Positions 9,426 to 18,886 of a stretch of DNA of 64,000 nucleotides are shown here, one piece after another. Origin of the DNA: Aigarchaeota archaeon. Lineage in GTDB: Archaea; Thermoproteota; Nitrososphaeria_A; Caldarchaeales; Calditenuaceae. The stretch spans positions 77,150-141,149 of the forward strand of contig JANXDH010000005.1 of NCBI GenBank assembly GCA_025059745.1, read 5' to 3'. The first letter of the stretch is position 1, and every line of letters starts with the position of its first letter. The notes beneath the pieces were generated by a model. It worked only from the letters and a program-made list of their open reading frames with translations, made no database searches and was not told where the DNA came from. The translations under genes were made by a program, and so were the position numbers.

Positions 9426-10256
9426 TCACCTGAGTGCTGAAGTTCGCAGTAGCTTGACCATCGAGGAGACGAAGAAGATAAGGGTTGCTACCAGCGCTAT
9501 GGCCCCCCCAGAACTGACCGCGAAATAATACGAGATGTAGAGCCCTATAATGACCGAGACGACCCCCGCCAAGAGGGAGATCGAGAACATCTGGGACATC
9601 CTCCCCGCGAACATGTAAGCCGTGGCCCCGGGCGCTATCAGTAGGGAGACCACCAGAATTATCCCGGCGGTCTGGATAGAGGCGACTATGCACAGTGACA
9701 AGAGGCTCATGAGCATGTAGTGTATCAGTGACGCGGGGAGACCAATGACCTTGGCGTAGATGGGGTCGAACGTATACACTACTATCTCCTTCATGAATAG
9801 CCCCACTATGATGAGGACGATCGAGGCGGACGCTGACGTGAAAAGGAGCTCATCATATGTGACCCCGAGTACGTTGCCGAAGAGCACGTGGAATATGTCG
9901 ACGGTTGGTCTGAGCCGACTCAGGATGACCAGTCCGAGCGCGAATGCGCCAGTTAAAACTATGCCAATGGCGGTATCGTTTCTCACCTTGAACTTGGTCT
10001 CGGTGTAGCCTATGAGAAGAGAAGACCCGATCCCGGCAACGAGTGCACCGATGACCAATGGCACGTTCAGGGCGACCGCAATTGCAATACCCGGGAGGAC
10101 GGAGTGCGATATCGCGTCACCGAGTAGAGCCCAGCCTCTGATAACTATGAAGCAGCTCAGGATAGAGGTCACTATGCCCACGACGATAGACGTTACCAGT
10201 GCTATTTGCATGAAGTTGTATTGGAAAGGTTCTAAGAGCAACTGTATCAATCCCAC
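9426..10256 (-). CDS. ABC metal (Mn/Zn/Fe-type) transporter permease, ABC-3 family
   Basis: 8-9 TM protein resembling ZnuB/MntB/TroC. In an operon with an ATPase and a TroA-like binding protein. Confidence 0.8.
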   Translation of the reverse strand: MGLIQLLLEPFQYNFMQIALVTSIVVGIVTSILSCFIVIRGWALLGDAISHSVLPGIAIAVALNVPLVIGALVAGIGSSLLIGYTETKFKVRNDTAIGIVLTGAFALGLVILSRLRPTVDIFHVLFGNVLGVTYDELLFTSASASIVLIIVGLFMKEIVVYTFDPIYAKVIGLPASLIHYMLMSLLSLCIVASIQTAGIILVVSLLIAPGATAYMFAGRMSQMFSISLLAGVVSVIIGLYISYYFAVSSGGAIALVATLIFFVSSMVKLLRTSALR

Positions 10257-11005
10257 TTAGCCACCCGCCTGACGTCACCCAGATGCATGGCCACCCTCTC
10301 ACTGCCATATACTAGTTTCATGTTCTCTTCCGTGAGGACTTCTCGTGGACGGCCGTAGGCGATGACCCTCCCCTTCAAGAGAAGGACACCGTCGAACAGC
10401 TCTAGTGTGGAACTTATGTCATGTGTGCTCATGATTATCGTCTTGCCCTTTCTCTTCAATTCTAATAAAACATCGAATAATTTGTCCTCGGCATCCGCGT
10501 CTAGACCTGCAAGAGGCTCGTCCATGAGATACAGATCGGCGCCTTGAACGATGGACCGAGCTAAGAATGCGCGCTGTTGCTGACCTCCCGACAGGTCAGA
10601 TATCTTCCTCTCAGCTAGATCTTCCATGCCGACCGCTCTAAGTGCCTCCGCGACCGACCGATCACCCTTCGGGACGCCCTTGAGGATTCCAACGGTCTTT
10701 ATCTTACCCATCGCAGCGAGGTCCCAGACTGTGAGAGGGTAATCCCAGTAAACCTCCTCCTTCTGAGGGACGTAGGCTGTCCTACCTCTCACCGTCCTGG
10801 GCTCTCTCCCGAATATCAGGATCTTCCCATTAGTTGGTCTCACCAAACCTATGATAGTCTTGAAGAGTGTGCTCTTCCCTGATCCGTTGGGCCCAACGAC
10901 CGCGACCATCTCCCCTATCTTTACGTTGAGCGAGACCCCTGTGAGAGCTGTGATGGACTGATACCTCACGGTTAAGTCAGTTATCTCTAAGGCGCTCATC
11001 AACAA
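10247..11005 (-). CDS. ABC metal transporter ATP-binding protein
   Basis: Walker A GPNGSGKST, signature LSGGQQQR, Walker B LYLMDEP. Confidence 0.85.
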   Translation of the reverse strand: MLMSALEITDLTVRYQSITALTGVSLNVKIGEMVAVVGPNGSGKSTLFKTIIGLVRPTNGKILIFGREPRTVRGRTAYVPQKEEVYWDYPLTVWDLAAMGKIKTVGILKGVPKGDRSVAEALRAVGMEDLAERKISDLSGGQQQRAFLARSIVQGADLYLMDEPLAGLDADAEDKLFDVLLELKRKGKTIIMSTHDISSTLELFDGVLLLKGRVIAYGRPREVLTEENMKLVYGSERVAMHLGDVRRVAKWD

Positions 11006-11934
11006 CCCTCCCTTAGCCCGCCTACTATGGTCTCCACGTTATGCCTCATCATTCCTATATAACCGTCAAGACCCGTGTCCAGAGGCGGTATGCTGTCGGT
11101 GAAGAGCCTGCCCGCTATCCTGCCATCGACCTCCCTGGCGAGTGCCTCCATCACTCTGGGTGAGAGGGTGGTCTCGATAAAGAAGACACACAGCCCGCTC
11201 TCACGTACCTTGGACAGGACGCGGACTATATCAGACGCCGAGGGCTCTATCTCGGTGACTATCGAGTAGAAGTATCCTACGACTCGGAAATCGTATGCCC
11301 TGGCGAAGTACTGGAACGCGTTCTCCTGAGTGAGTAGCAACTTCTTCTCCTCTGGGAGGACCGAGACCTTCTCCCTGATCCACGCATCAAGTTCTAAGAG
11401 CTGCGCGATATACTTCCTCGCGTTCTCCTGATAGGTCAAATTGTTTACCGGGTCAATCTCTATGAATGCGTCCCTGATCCTCTCAACGTAACCGATTGCA
11501 AGCCTGACGTCCATCCACATGTGAGGGTCTGGTTTACCTATATAGGGGCCGTCGGGTACGAGGACGATTCTATCGTCTAACCTCTCTGTAACTCTGACGA
11601 AAGTCGCCTTGGATCCAGCCCTCAATAGCTTAATGACCCACTGATCGATAGCGTGACCGTTGTAGAGTATCAACCTCGCTCTGTGGGACTTGATCACGTC
11701 CTGAGGCGTCGGCTCGAACGTGTGAGGGTCCCTGCCTGGCTCTATCAAGTACTCCACTACCCAAAGGTCACCCGCCACCCTCCTCGCCATATCCCATATT
11801 ATGGTGGTGGTGGCCAGAACCGTCCGTGAATCCGAGTCACCGGACTCGCCCTCTCCGAGCGACCCACTAAAGAAATTTAACGTTAGCACTACGAGAGCTA
11901 ATGCAATCAACCCATAGGAGGTCTTCGTATACAT
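10999..11934 (-). CDS. Metal ABC transporter substrate-binding protein (TroA/ZnuA cluster-9 family)
   Basis: Signal anchor, then a TroA-like fold with conserved DPHxW (PDPHMWMD). Operon context. Confidence 0.75.
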   Translation of the reverse strand: MYTKTSYGLIALALVVLTLNFFSGSLGEGESGDSDSRTVLATTTIIWDMARRVAGDLWVVEYLIEPGRDPHTFEPTPQDVIKSHRARLILYNGHAIDQWVIKLLRAGSKATFVRVTERLDDRIVLVPDGPYIGKPDPHMWMDVRLAIGYVERIRDAFIEIDPVNNLTYQENARKYIAQLLELDAWIREKVSVLPEEKKLLLTQENAFQYFARAYDFRVVGYFYSIVTEIEPSASDIVRVLSKVRESGLCVFFIETTLSPRVMEALAREVDGRIAGRLFTDSIPPLDTGLDGYIGMMRHNVETIVGGLREGC

Positions 11935-12057
11935 TAAATACCACGCTACCTCGAAATCTTTGCCGGTTGCAAATCTCTGATACCTATAATATATACCTTC
12001 AAAGTACGGGTAAAAGCTTGAATAACGACTTAAAAGCGATGAGATTACTCATGACAT

Positions 12058-12360
12058 ATGATCGAGTTGACAACGCTCTTAAACTCTGAGATACTGACCA
12101 ACCTCATCCTGGTGATAGTCGGATTGGTCATAGGGTACGGGATCGGCCGCGTGGTCAAGGGTGCTCTCATAGTGATCGCCGGGCTGTTTCTGCTCACCCT
12201 TCTAAGCGCCTCTATCCTTTTACCAAGGCCTATCGAAGAGATAGTCTCTGATTGGTCGGTTCCACTCGAGGTCTTGAAGTTCCTGACCGACTTGGTATTC
12301 GGCCTTCCCACACTCACCATCGGTGTGATAATCGGTTTCATTCTCGGGTTAATAAAGTGA
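12058..12360 (+). CDS. Small hypothetical membrane protein (3 TM)
   Basis: Clean hydrophobic helices. The overlapping minus-strand ORF looks non-coding. Confidence 0.4.
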   Translation: MIELTTLLNSEILTNLILVIVGLVIGYGIGRVVKGALIVIAGLFLLTLLSASILLPRPIEEIVSDWSVPLEVLKFLTDLVFGLPTLTIGVIIGFILGLIK

Positions 12361-12436
12361 TCTTTTTGCTACGTAATCTATATACTCTATTTATAGATAA
12401 ATATATTGTAAGGTGCAAACACATATAATTATTTAG

Positions 12437-13354
12437 GTGTGTGCTACGTTAACGCAGGGTAATAGAACGACAACTAGGTCTCGTATACCGCTACATGTAA
12501 GCGGTTTCTTCAGCCCCGTCCTCAGCCTAGACCCGATACGTAGCGGATCGATAGGCGCTGGAATCGTCATATCGCCGGGAGTGGAGTGCGTCTTTAGTAC
12601 TGAGGTGGGGGAGGGCGCGGAGGTCCTGATGAACGGGAGGCCCACTCAAATTGAACCTGTGAGGTATCTGTTGAATAAAATGGGAAATTGGCCGGTCTCC
12701 ATGAGGTTCTACACGAGTGCCCCTCTAGGGGTCGGTTACGCGGTCAGCGCGTCGACCGCAATAGCCTCTGCACTGGGGTTCGCTGAATTACTGAATAAAT
12801 CTGAGACGGAGGCCTTCAAGCTGGCTCACGAGGCTGAGGTGGTATCTACGACCGGACTGGGTGACGTTCAGGCCATAGCGACTGGAGGTGAACTGGTCGT
12901 TAGGGTCAAACCAGGGCCGCCAGGTATCGGTGAAGCCTACACGCTTCCCGTGGATCGAAGTCTCAGCTTCGTAGGCGTCGGACTTGGTAGGATGTACACC
13001 TCAGAGATGTTCTCCGTCTACGGTGAGAGGATCGTCAAGTACGGCGCGATCGCGAACGAGATGTTCACCCGCGACCCCACCCTTGAGAACTTCATACTGA
13101 CCTCCGAGTGGTTCGCGAGGAACGTAGGGTTCATGAACGATGAGATCAGTGATGCCATCAAACCCGTGAGGGGATCGATAGTTGGCGCGAGCGTCAAGAA
13201 GAAGCTGCTCTTCGTACTCGTGGAGAAGGAGGACGTCTTCTATGTGGTTTCACACCTCCGTAAGATCTTCGGGAACGCAGAGGTCTTCGAGATAGGTGGT
13301 GGTATATGGAGGACGCGACCATCCCAGAGAGTCATCCAAGATATTGGTCTCTGA
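12437..13354 (+). CDS. Pantoate kinase (archaeal CoA pathway, GHMP kinase family)
   Basis: GHMP-like motifs (HVSGFF.., PLGVGYAVSAS). Immediately followed by phosphopantothenate synthetase and panB. Confidence 0.7.
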   Translation: MCATLTQGNRTTTRSRIPLHVSGFFSPVLSLDPIRSGSIGAGIVISPGVECVFSTEVGEGAEVLMNGRPTQIEPVRYLLNKMGNWPVSMRFYTSAPLGVGYAVSASTAIASALGFAELLNKSETEAFKLAHEAEVVSTTGLGDVQAIATGGELVVRVKPGPPGIGEAYTLPVDRSLSFVGVGLGRMYTSEMFSVYGERIVKYGAIANEMFTRDPTLENFILTSEWFARNVGFMNDEISDAIKPVRGSIVGASVKKKLLFVLVEKEDVFYVVSHLRKIFGNAEVFEIGGGIWRTRPSQRVIQDIGL

Positions 13355-14094
13355 TCAAGAGGCGCAGGATAGTCGAGGGGTACCGGAGGGGGATCGTCGT
13401 CATAGACGGCCTCATATCGCACGGTAGAGGTGAGGCTATCGATTACATCATCGGTGAGGTGACGCACCAGCCGGCACTGGAGGCCGCTAAGGCAGCCACC
13501 GCGTCACTACTGACCGCCTCGAGGCCCGTGATCTCGGTGAACGGTAACTCTGCGGCTCTCGCGGGCGGTCTAATAGTGGAGCTTGCGGCGATCACGGGCG
13601 CTGTTTTAGAGGTTAACCTTTTTCACTGGAGTGCTGAACGCGCGTACCGGATCAGGGACCACCTAATGGAGCTTGGAGCCGTGTCGGTACTGGTCCCAGA
13701 CGGTGAAGAGAAGGTCTACATGGAGGGCCTTAAGAGCGAGAGGGGTAGGGTCTGCAGAAACGGTATACTCGCCGCTGATACCGTGCTCGTGTCCATAGAG
13801 GACGGTGACAGGACCGAGGCCTTGAGGGCAGCCGGGAAGCGGGTCCTAGCGATAGACCTCAACCCCTTCTCTAGGACGGCTCAGAGGGCTAACGTGACTA
13901 TAGTGGACGAGATAGAGAGGGCGTTGAGCAACATGATAAGGCTATCAAGAGAGCTCCGTGATGAGAAAAAGGAGGAGTTACTGAGGATAGTGGAGTGCTT
14001 CGATAACGCCCTGAACCTCTCAGAGATGATCGGGATAATAAGGGACCGTTTAGGACTAATGGCCGGACTGGAGGGTTGTGAGGACTATGACTAA
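13306..14094 (+). CDS. Phosphopantothenate synthetase (archaeal, COG1701/DUF137-type)
   Basis: N-terminal HPRY..L..R..EG motif and HGRGEAIDY, characteristic of the archaeal PPS family as I recall it. Synteny with pantoate kinase and panB. Confidence 0.7.
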   Translation: MEDATIPESHPRYWSLIKRRRIVEGYRRGIVVIDGLISHGRGEAIDYIIGEVTHQPALEAAKAATASLLTASRPVISVNGNSAALAGGLIVELAAITGAVLEVNLFHWSAERAYRIRDHLMELGAVSVLVPDGEEKVYMEGLKSERGRVCRNGILAADTVLVSIEDGDRTEALRAAGKRVLAIDLNPFSRTAQRANVTIVDEIERALSNMIRLSRELRDEKKEELLRIVECFDNALNLSEMIGIIRDRLGLMAGLEGCEDYD

Positions 14095-14941
14095 ACTCAC
14101 GACGAGGGATCTGATCTCGATGAAGAGGCGAGGTCAGAAGATCACTATGATAACCGCATACGACTACCCGACCGCTCTGATAGCCGATAAAACTGGGATC
14201 GATGTGCTGCTGGTGGGCGACTCGGCGGCCATGGTTGTATTGGGAGAGCGAGACACCAGATTCATCACCCTGGAAGAGATGCTGGTCTTCTCAAAGGCCG
14301 TCAGCAGGGCCGCGGAGAGGGCGCTAGTGGTCGGCGATATGCCGTTCATGTCCTACCAGGTGTCCGCGGAGGAGGCAGTGAGGAACGCAGGTAGGTTCGT
14401 TAAGGAGGGCCGGGTAGATGCGGTAAAAGTGGAGGGGGGAGAGGAGTTCTCCGAGATCATATCGCGTATCGTGAGGTCAGGTATACCCGTTATGGGTCAC
14501 ATAGGCGTCACACCACAACGCGACGTGATGAGCACCGGATACCGACTGAGGGGGAGGAAGGTCGATGACCTCGAGAGGCTTCTAAGGGACGCACTTTCCT
14601 TGGAGAGGGCGGGAGCCTTCTCGATAGTCCTGGAGTTCGTTACAGAGGAGGCCGCTAGGATAATAACCGAGAGACTCTCGGTACCTGTGATCGGGGTCGG
14701 TTCAGGGCTATACTGCGACGGTCAGTGCCTCGTCGTCCATGACCTCCTCGGCATCTACCCGAACCCGCCGCCTTTCAGCAAAGCCTACGCTAACCTCTCG
14801 AGCGTGATGGCCGGTGCGATCGAGAAGTTCAGGGACGACGTGATATCGTCTAGGTTTCCTGACGAGTCAAGGAGGTTCCACATGGACAAGGAGGAGCTCG
14901 AGAAGGTCCAGGAGAGGCTTAAGGGACTACCCGAAGTGTGA
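14078..14941 (+). CDS. panB: 3-methyl-2-oxobutanoate (ketopantoate) hydroxymethyltransferase
   Basis: ITMITAYDYPTA..LLVGDSAAMVVLG..VKVEGG..MGHIGVTPQ. Confidence 0.9.
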   Translation: MRTMTKLTTRDLISMKRRGQKITMITAYDYPTALIADKTGIDVLLVGDSAAMVVLGERDTRFITLEEMLVFSKAVSRAAERALVVGDMPFMSYQVSAEEAVRNAGRFVKEGRVDAVKVEGGEEFSEIISRIVRSGIPVMGHIGVTPQRDVMSTGYRLRGRKVDDLERLLRDALSLERAGAFSIVLEFVTEEAARIITERLSVPVIGVGSGLYCDGQCLVVHDLLGIYPNPPPFSKAYANLSSVMAGAIEKFRDDVISSRFPDESRRFHMDKEELEKVQERLKGLPEV

Positions 14942-15895
14942 CCATCCTCTATCCTCAACCTCGATCAACCTGCCCCTCCACCTCGCATAGACCCGGCCCG
15001 TACCCGATCTCACGCGACCTATTACCTTCATCTCAGACCCCACTCTATCCAGCGCTTCCCTGACGACATCGATTCTTCTCTCGTCGAGCGTCACGACCAA
15101 CTCGAACTCCTCACCTCCGTGCATCACCAGCTCGTAGACGTCAGCACCCTCCATCTTCGCGAAGTCCTCGACGAGTTCGTGGACTGGTAGGGTCTCAATC
15201 TCGATGTCAACGGAGCTCGCCCTCGCCATGTTGTACAATGAGACTGCAAGCCCATCACTACTATCTGTCATGGCAGAGGCTAATCCCACCTCGCTCAGTA
15301 TGGGCCCCTCGAGTACCCTGGCCTTCGGTCTGAAGCATATCGCCCTCAACTCGTCGTACAGTCCGCCCTCCCTCCTCATTAGGGAAGCACGCAACCCCGC
15401 AGCGTGTGCACCGAAGGTACCAGTGACGACGACCACATCACCGACTCTCGCACCGCTCCTGCTGACGAGCCTCTTAGCTTGACCCATGACCGCGCAGTCG
15501 ACTAAGACCTCCTCGGTCTTGCTGACGTCCCCACCGATGATCTTCCCGCCGTAAGCACTCACCGCGTCGTCTATCCCCCCCCAGAGTTCGCGAAATGCGC
15601 TCTCCTCTAATTCGTCCATCATACCCAAGGAGACCAGATAGTAAGTCGGCCGCGCGCCCTTCGCGGCTATATCACTTACTGCGCTGGTAACCGACTTAAA
15701 CCCGAAGTCCCTCATGGTGATGCCTGGCGGTGCGTCGGTAGTCCACACCGACATATCGACACTCATCACTGCGATCCCACTTACCTCTACCGCTGCAGCG
15801 TCATCACCGATAGGCAGGCTGGTCTCCCCGTACCTCTTTAATCTCTCAAGTATGTAGTTGACGACCCACCTCTCTCCCAGCTCCCCTACCCTCAA
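14927..15895 (-). CDS. thiL: Thiamine-monophosphate kinase (AIR synthase-related family)
   Basis: N-terminal GE..VVNYI..IGDDAA motif and PurM-like N and C domains. Confidence 0.75.
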   Translation of the reverse strand: MRVGELGERWVVNYILERLKRYGETSLPIGDDAAAVEVSGIAVMSVDMSVWTTDAPPGITMRDFGFKSVTSAVSDIAAKGARPTYYLVSLGMMDELEESAFRELWGGIDDAVSAYGGKIIGGDVSKTEEVLVDCAVMGQAKRLVSRSGARVGDVVVVTGTFGAHAAGLRASLMRREGGLYDELRAICFRPKARVLEGPILSEVGLASAMTDSSDGLAVSLYNMARASSVDIEIETLPVHELVEDFAKMEGADVYELVMHGGEEFELVVTLDERRIDVVREALDRVGSEMKVIGRVRSGTGRVYARWRGRLIEVEDRGWSHFG

Positions 15896-15988
15896 ATCGC
15901 TACGTGCATTAGAACCTCTCGATTAAATAACGGTAACCTGGCGCGTACTAATGGATATATTGACGGATTGGGGTAGAACTGAGTTGAG

Positions 15989-18865
15989 TTGGGGTCTTTC
16001 GATTACGAGATGAAGTGGGCGAAGGTGTGGTCTGAGCTGAGAGTCTATGAGGCTGACCCCGATCCAGATAGGGAGAAGTTCTTCATCACCTTCCCCTACA
16101 GCTATCAGAACGGTCCCCTCCACGTAGGTCACGGGTTCACCGCTACTAGGGCCGATGTAATAGCGAGGTTCTACAGGATGATGGGGTACAACGTCCTCTT
16201 TCCGTGGGCGTGGCACTGGACAGGTGAGGCGGTGGCGGGACTGAGCGATCGACTGAAGAGGGGCGATTCTGCGGTGATAAAAATGCTTACAGAGGTAGAT
16301 AAGGTCGATGAATCGATGTTGGAGAAGTTCACGGACCCCGCGTTCATCTGTAGTTACTACACAAAAGAGAACAGGGAAGTTGTCAAGGCGATGGGGTTCT
16401 CGGTTGACTGGCGCAGGGAGTTCTACACGACCGACCTCCACCCCTACTACAGCAAGTTCATCGAGTGGCAGTACGTGACTCTCGAGAAATTGGGTAGGGT
16501 CAAGAGAGGATCGCACCCTGTCGTTTGGTGCCCCTCATGCAAGAGTCCAACTGGCGATCACGACCGTCTCATAGGAGAGGGGGTGTCCCCGACCGAGTTC
16601 ACATTAGTCCTCTTCAGGTGTGGGAACCTCTATTTGGCCGCGGCAACTCTGAGGCCGGAGACAATCTTCGGTACTACCAACGTCTGGGTAAACCCTAACG
16701 CGACCTACGTCAGCATAGTGACCGGCGGAAGAGAGATTGTGGTGAGCAAGGAGGCGGCCCTCAAACTGGTCGAGCAGATGAGTGACATCTCGATCGGCGG
16801 AGAGATCAAAGGCCGGTCGTTAATAGGTCAGGTATGCGAGGTCCCAATCACCGGCGAGAGGGTGATCGTGTTACCCGCGAGGTTCGTCAACCCCCTGGTG
16901 GGTTCGGGTGTGGTCTACAGCGTCCCCTCCCACGCGCCGTACGATTACGCGGCGTTGAAAGAGTTGAAGGCGAAGGGTGTTGGTGAACCACTAGACCACT
17001 CGCTCGACGAGATCGTAGCCAGGATTCAGCCCATATCGATAATCTCCGTGAGGGGCGCACACCAACACCCCGCAGTGTGGAAGGTTGAGGAGGCCGGGAT
17101 CGTCAGTCAAGACGACGAACGTCTTGAGGACCTCACTAAGGAGGTCTACGCTCTCGAGTTCTACAACGGGACAATGAGAGAGAACTGCGGTGAGTTCGCG
17201 AACCTACCCGTCCCAAAGGCCAGGGACTCGGTAAAGATGAGGTTGACCGATACGGGAAGGGCCTTGGTGATGTACGACCTCACTGAGAGAGTGGTCTGCA
17301 GGTCAGGTGATGAGTGCATAGTGAAGGTGGTGCGTGACCAGTGGTTCCTGAACTACTCGGACGCTCAGTGGAAGAACGAGACGAAGGGCTTGGTGATGGA
17401 GATGGACATCTACCCAGAATCGGCGAGGCAGTGGTTCCTGAACGTCATAGACTGGCTGAGGGACTGGCCCTGTGCGAGAAAGACCGGTCTGGGGACGCGT
17501 CTCCCCTTCGATAAGGACTGGATCGTCGAGACCCTTAGTGACTCAACAGTCTACCAGGCCCTCTATACCATCGCCCACCGGCTCAACGACAGCTCGATCA
17601 AACCCGAGAACCTTAAAACCGAGTTCTTCGATTACGTCTTCCGCGGAGTCGGAGACCCAGGGGACGTCTCGAGAATTACCGGCGTGGACGTTAAGACGCT
17701 CGAGGAGTTGAGGTCAGAGTTCACGTACTGGTATCCGTTGAACCTCCGCATATCCGCCAAGGAGTTGGTCTCCAACCACCTCACCTTCTTCATCTTTCAA
17801 CACGTCGCGCTATTCGACCCGAAGTTCTGGCCGAGAGGAATTGGAGTCAACGGCATGGTCCAGGTCGAGGGCGCGAAGATGTCTAAGAGCAAGGGGAATT
17901 TCGTGACGCTGAAGTCGGCGCTCAGAGATTATGGCGCAGACGGGACCAGACTGAACCTCTTGTTAGCCGCAGAAGACATGGACGACCCAGACTGGAGGTC
18001 TAAGAATGCCGAGGAGATGGCTGAGTTCGTGAGTAACTTCCTCAGGACCATCTCAGAGTACAAGGATTGCGAGATCGAGAGCAACTGGACCTTGGTAGAC
18101 AGGTGGTTGATGAGCAGGCTGAGGCTGAACCTCAGGGGCATCTCAGACAACCTCAAGAAACTCAAGACTAGAAGTGCCACCGCCATCGTAACTTACACCA
18201 TGATGAACGACTGGAGGTGGTACGTGAGGAGGAGGTTGAGGCCAGGTCCCGCCTCGAGACATTACATTGACAGCTGGGTCAAGGTCATGTCGATATTCGC
18301 ACCATTTGTTGCAGAGGAGGCCTGGTCCATTTTAGGCAACGAGGGTCTCGTGATAGCCCAGCACTGGCCCTCGTTAGACGGCATCGAGTACGATGAGGTC
18401 CCGTTGTTGGCCGAGGAACTCGTCGGGAGGTTGCTGAGTGATGTGAAGAACGTGATCGAGGTAACTGGACGTCAGATTCAGAGACTTTACATCTACCCAT
18501 CGCCCCCCGAGTATCTAAGACTCGTCGATCACGTACTCGAGATCGGTGTATTCGAGGTCATAAGGAGGCCCTCTGAGGTTATTAGGTTCGCCATCAGCAG
18601 CTTGGGTGTAGAGGGGCGCAGCGCTCATAAATTGGTGCAGCGATTGACTGAGATACTAGAGGTTCTAACCCATAGGTACCAGAAGCAGACTCTACTGAGG
18701 GTCGCCGAGATCGAGCCTGAGATCTACAATGAGACGAGATCTTTCCTCAGTAGGGAGCTAGACGCGGAGGTAATCGTCTCGGCTGAGGACGTCGATCCGA
18801 TGGGCAAATCACTCCAAGCCTTGCCTTTTAAGCCAGGCATCTACGTGGAGTGGAAGAGTTCATGA
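15989..18865 (+). CDS. leuS: Leucyl-tRNA synthetase (archaeal type)
   Basis: Class I motifs PLHVGHG (HIGH) and KMSKSKGN (KMSKS). 958 aa with CP1 editing domain. TTG start (ATG at 16010 is an alternative). Confidence 0.92.
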   Translation: MGSFDYEMKWAKVWSELRVYEADPDPDREKFFITFPYSYQNGPLHVGHGFTATRADVIARFYRMMGYNVLFPWAWHWTGEAVAGLSDRLKRGDSAVIKMLTEVDKVDESMLEKFTDPAFICSYYTKENREVVKAMGFSVDWRREFYTTDLHPYYSKFIEWQYVTLEKLGRVKRGSHPVVWCPSCKSPTGDHDRLIGEGVSPTEFTLVLFRCGNLYLAAATLRPETIFGTTNVWVNPNATYVSIVTGGREIVVSKEAALKLVEQMSDISIGGEIKGRSLIGQVCEVPITGERVIVLPARFVNPLVGSGVVYSVPSHAPYDYAALKELKAKGVGEPLDHSLDEIVARIQPISIISVRGAHQHPAVWKVEEAGIVSQDDERLEDLTKEVYALEFYNGTMRENCGEFANLPVPKARDSVKMRLTDTGRALVMYDLTERVVCRSGDECIVKVVRDQWFLNYSDAQWKNETKGLVMEMDIYPESARQWFLNVIDWLRDWPCARKTGLGTRLPFDKDWIVETLSDSTVYQALYTIAHRLNDSSIKPENLKTEFFDYVFRGVGDPGDVSRITGVDVKTLEELRSEFTYWYPLNLRISAKELVSNHLTFFIFQHVALFDPKFWPRGIGVNGMVQVEGAKMSKSKGNFVTLKSALRDYGADGTRLNLLLAAEDMDDPDWRSKNAEEMAEFVSNFLRTISEYKDCEIESNWTLVDRWLMSRLRLNLRGISDNLKKLKTRSATAIVTYTMMNDWRWYVRRRLRPGPASRHYIDSWVKVMSIFAPFVAEEAWSILGNEGLVIAQHWPSLDGIEYDEVPLLAEELVGRLLSDVKNVIEVTGRQIQRLYIYPSPPEYLRLVDHVLEIGVFEVIRRPSEVIRFAISSLGVEGRSAHKLVQRLTEILEVLTHRYQKQTLLRVAEIEPEIYNETRSFLSRELDAEVIVSAEDVDPMGKSLQALPFKPGIYVEWKSS

Positions 18866-18886
18866 TCTAGCTCGAGAAAGCGCTAA

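Noticed and set aside
15923-16516. 197-aa minus-strand ORF overlapping the 5' part of leuS. Similar antisense or alternate-frame ORFs occur elsewhere (18867..19490 in cytochrome b, 23592..24167 opposite rpiA, 41565..42083 opposite pdxS, 61670..62380 opposite the GTPase).
   Set aside because: Each is a shadow of a strongly supported gene on the other strand or in another frame, and none has recognisable motifs.
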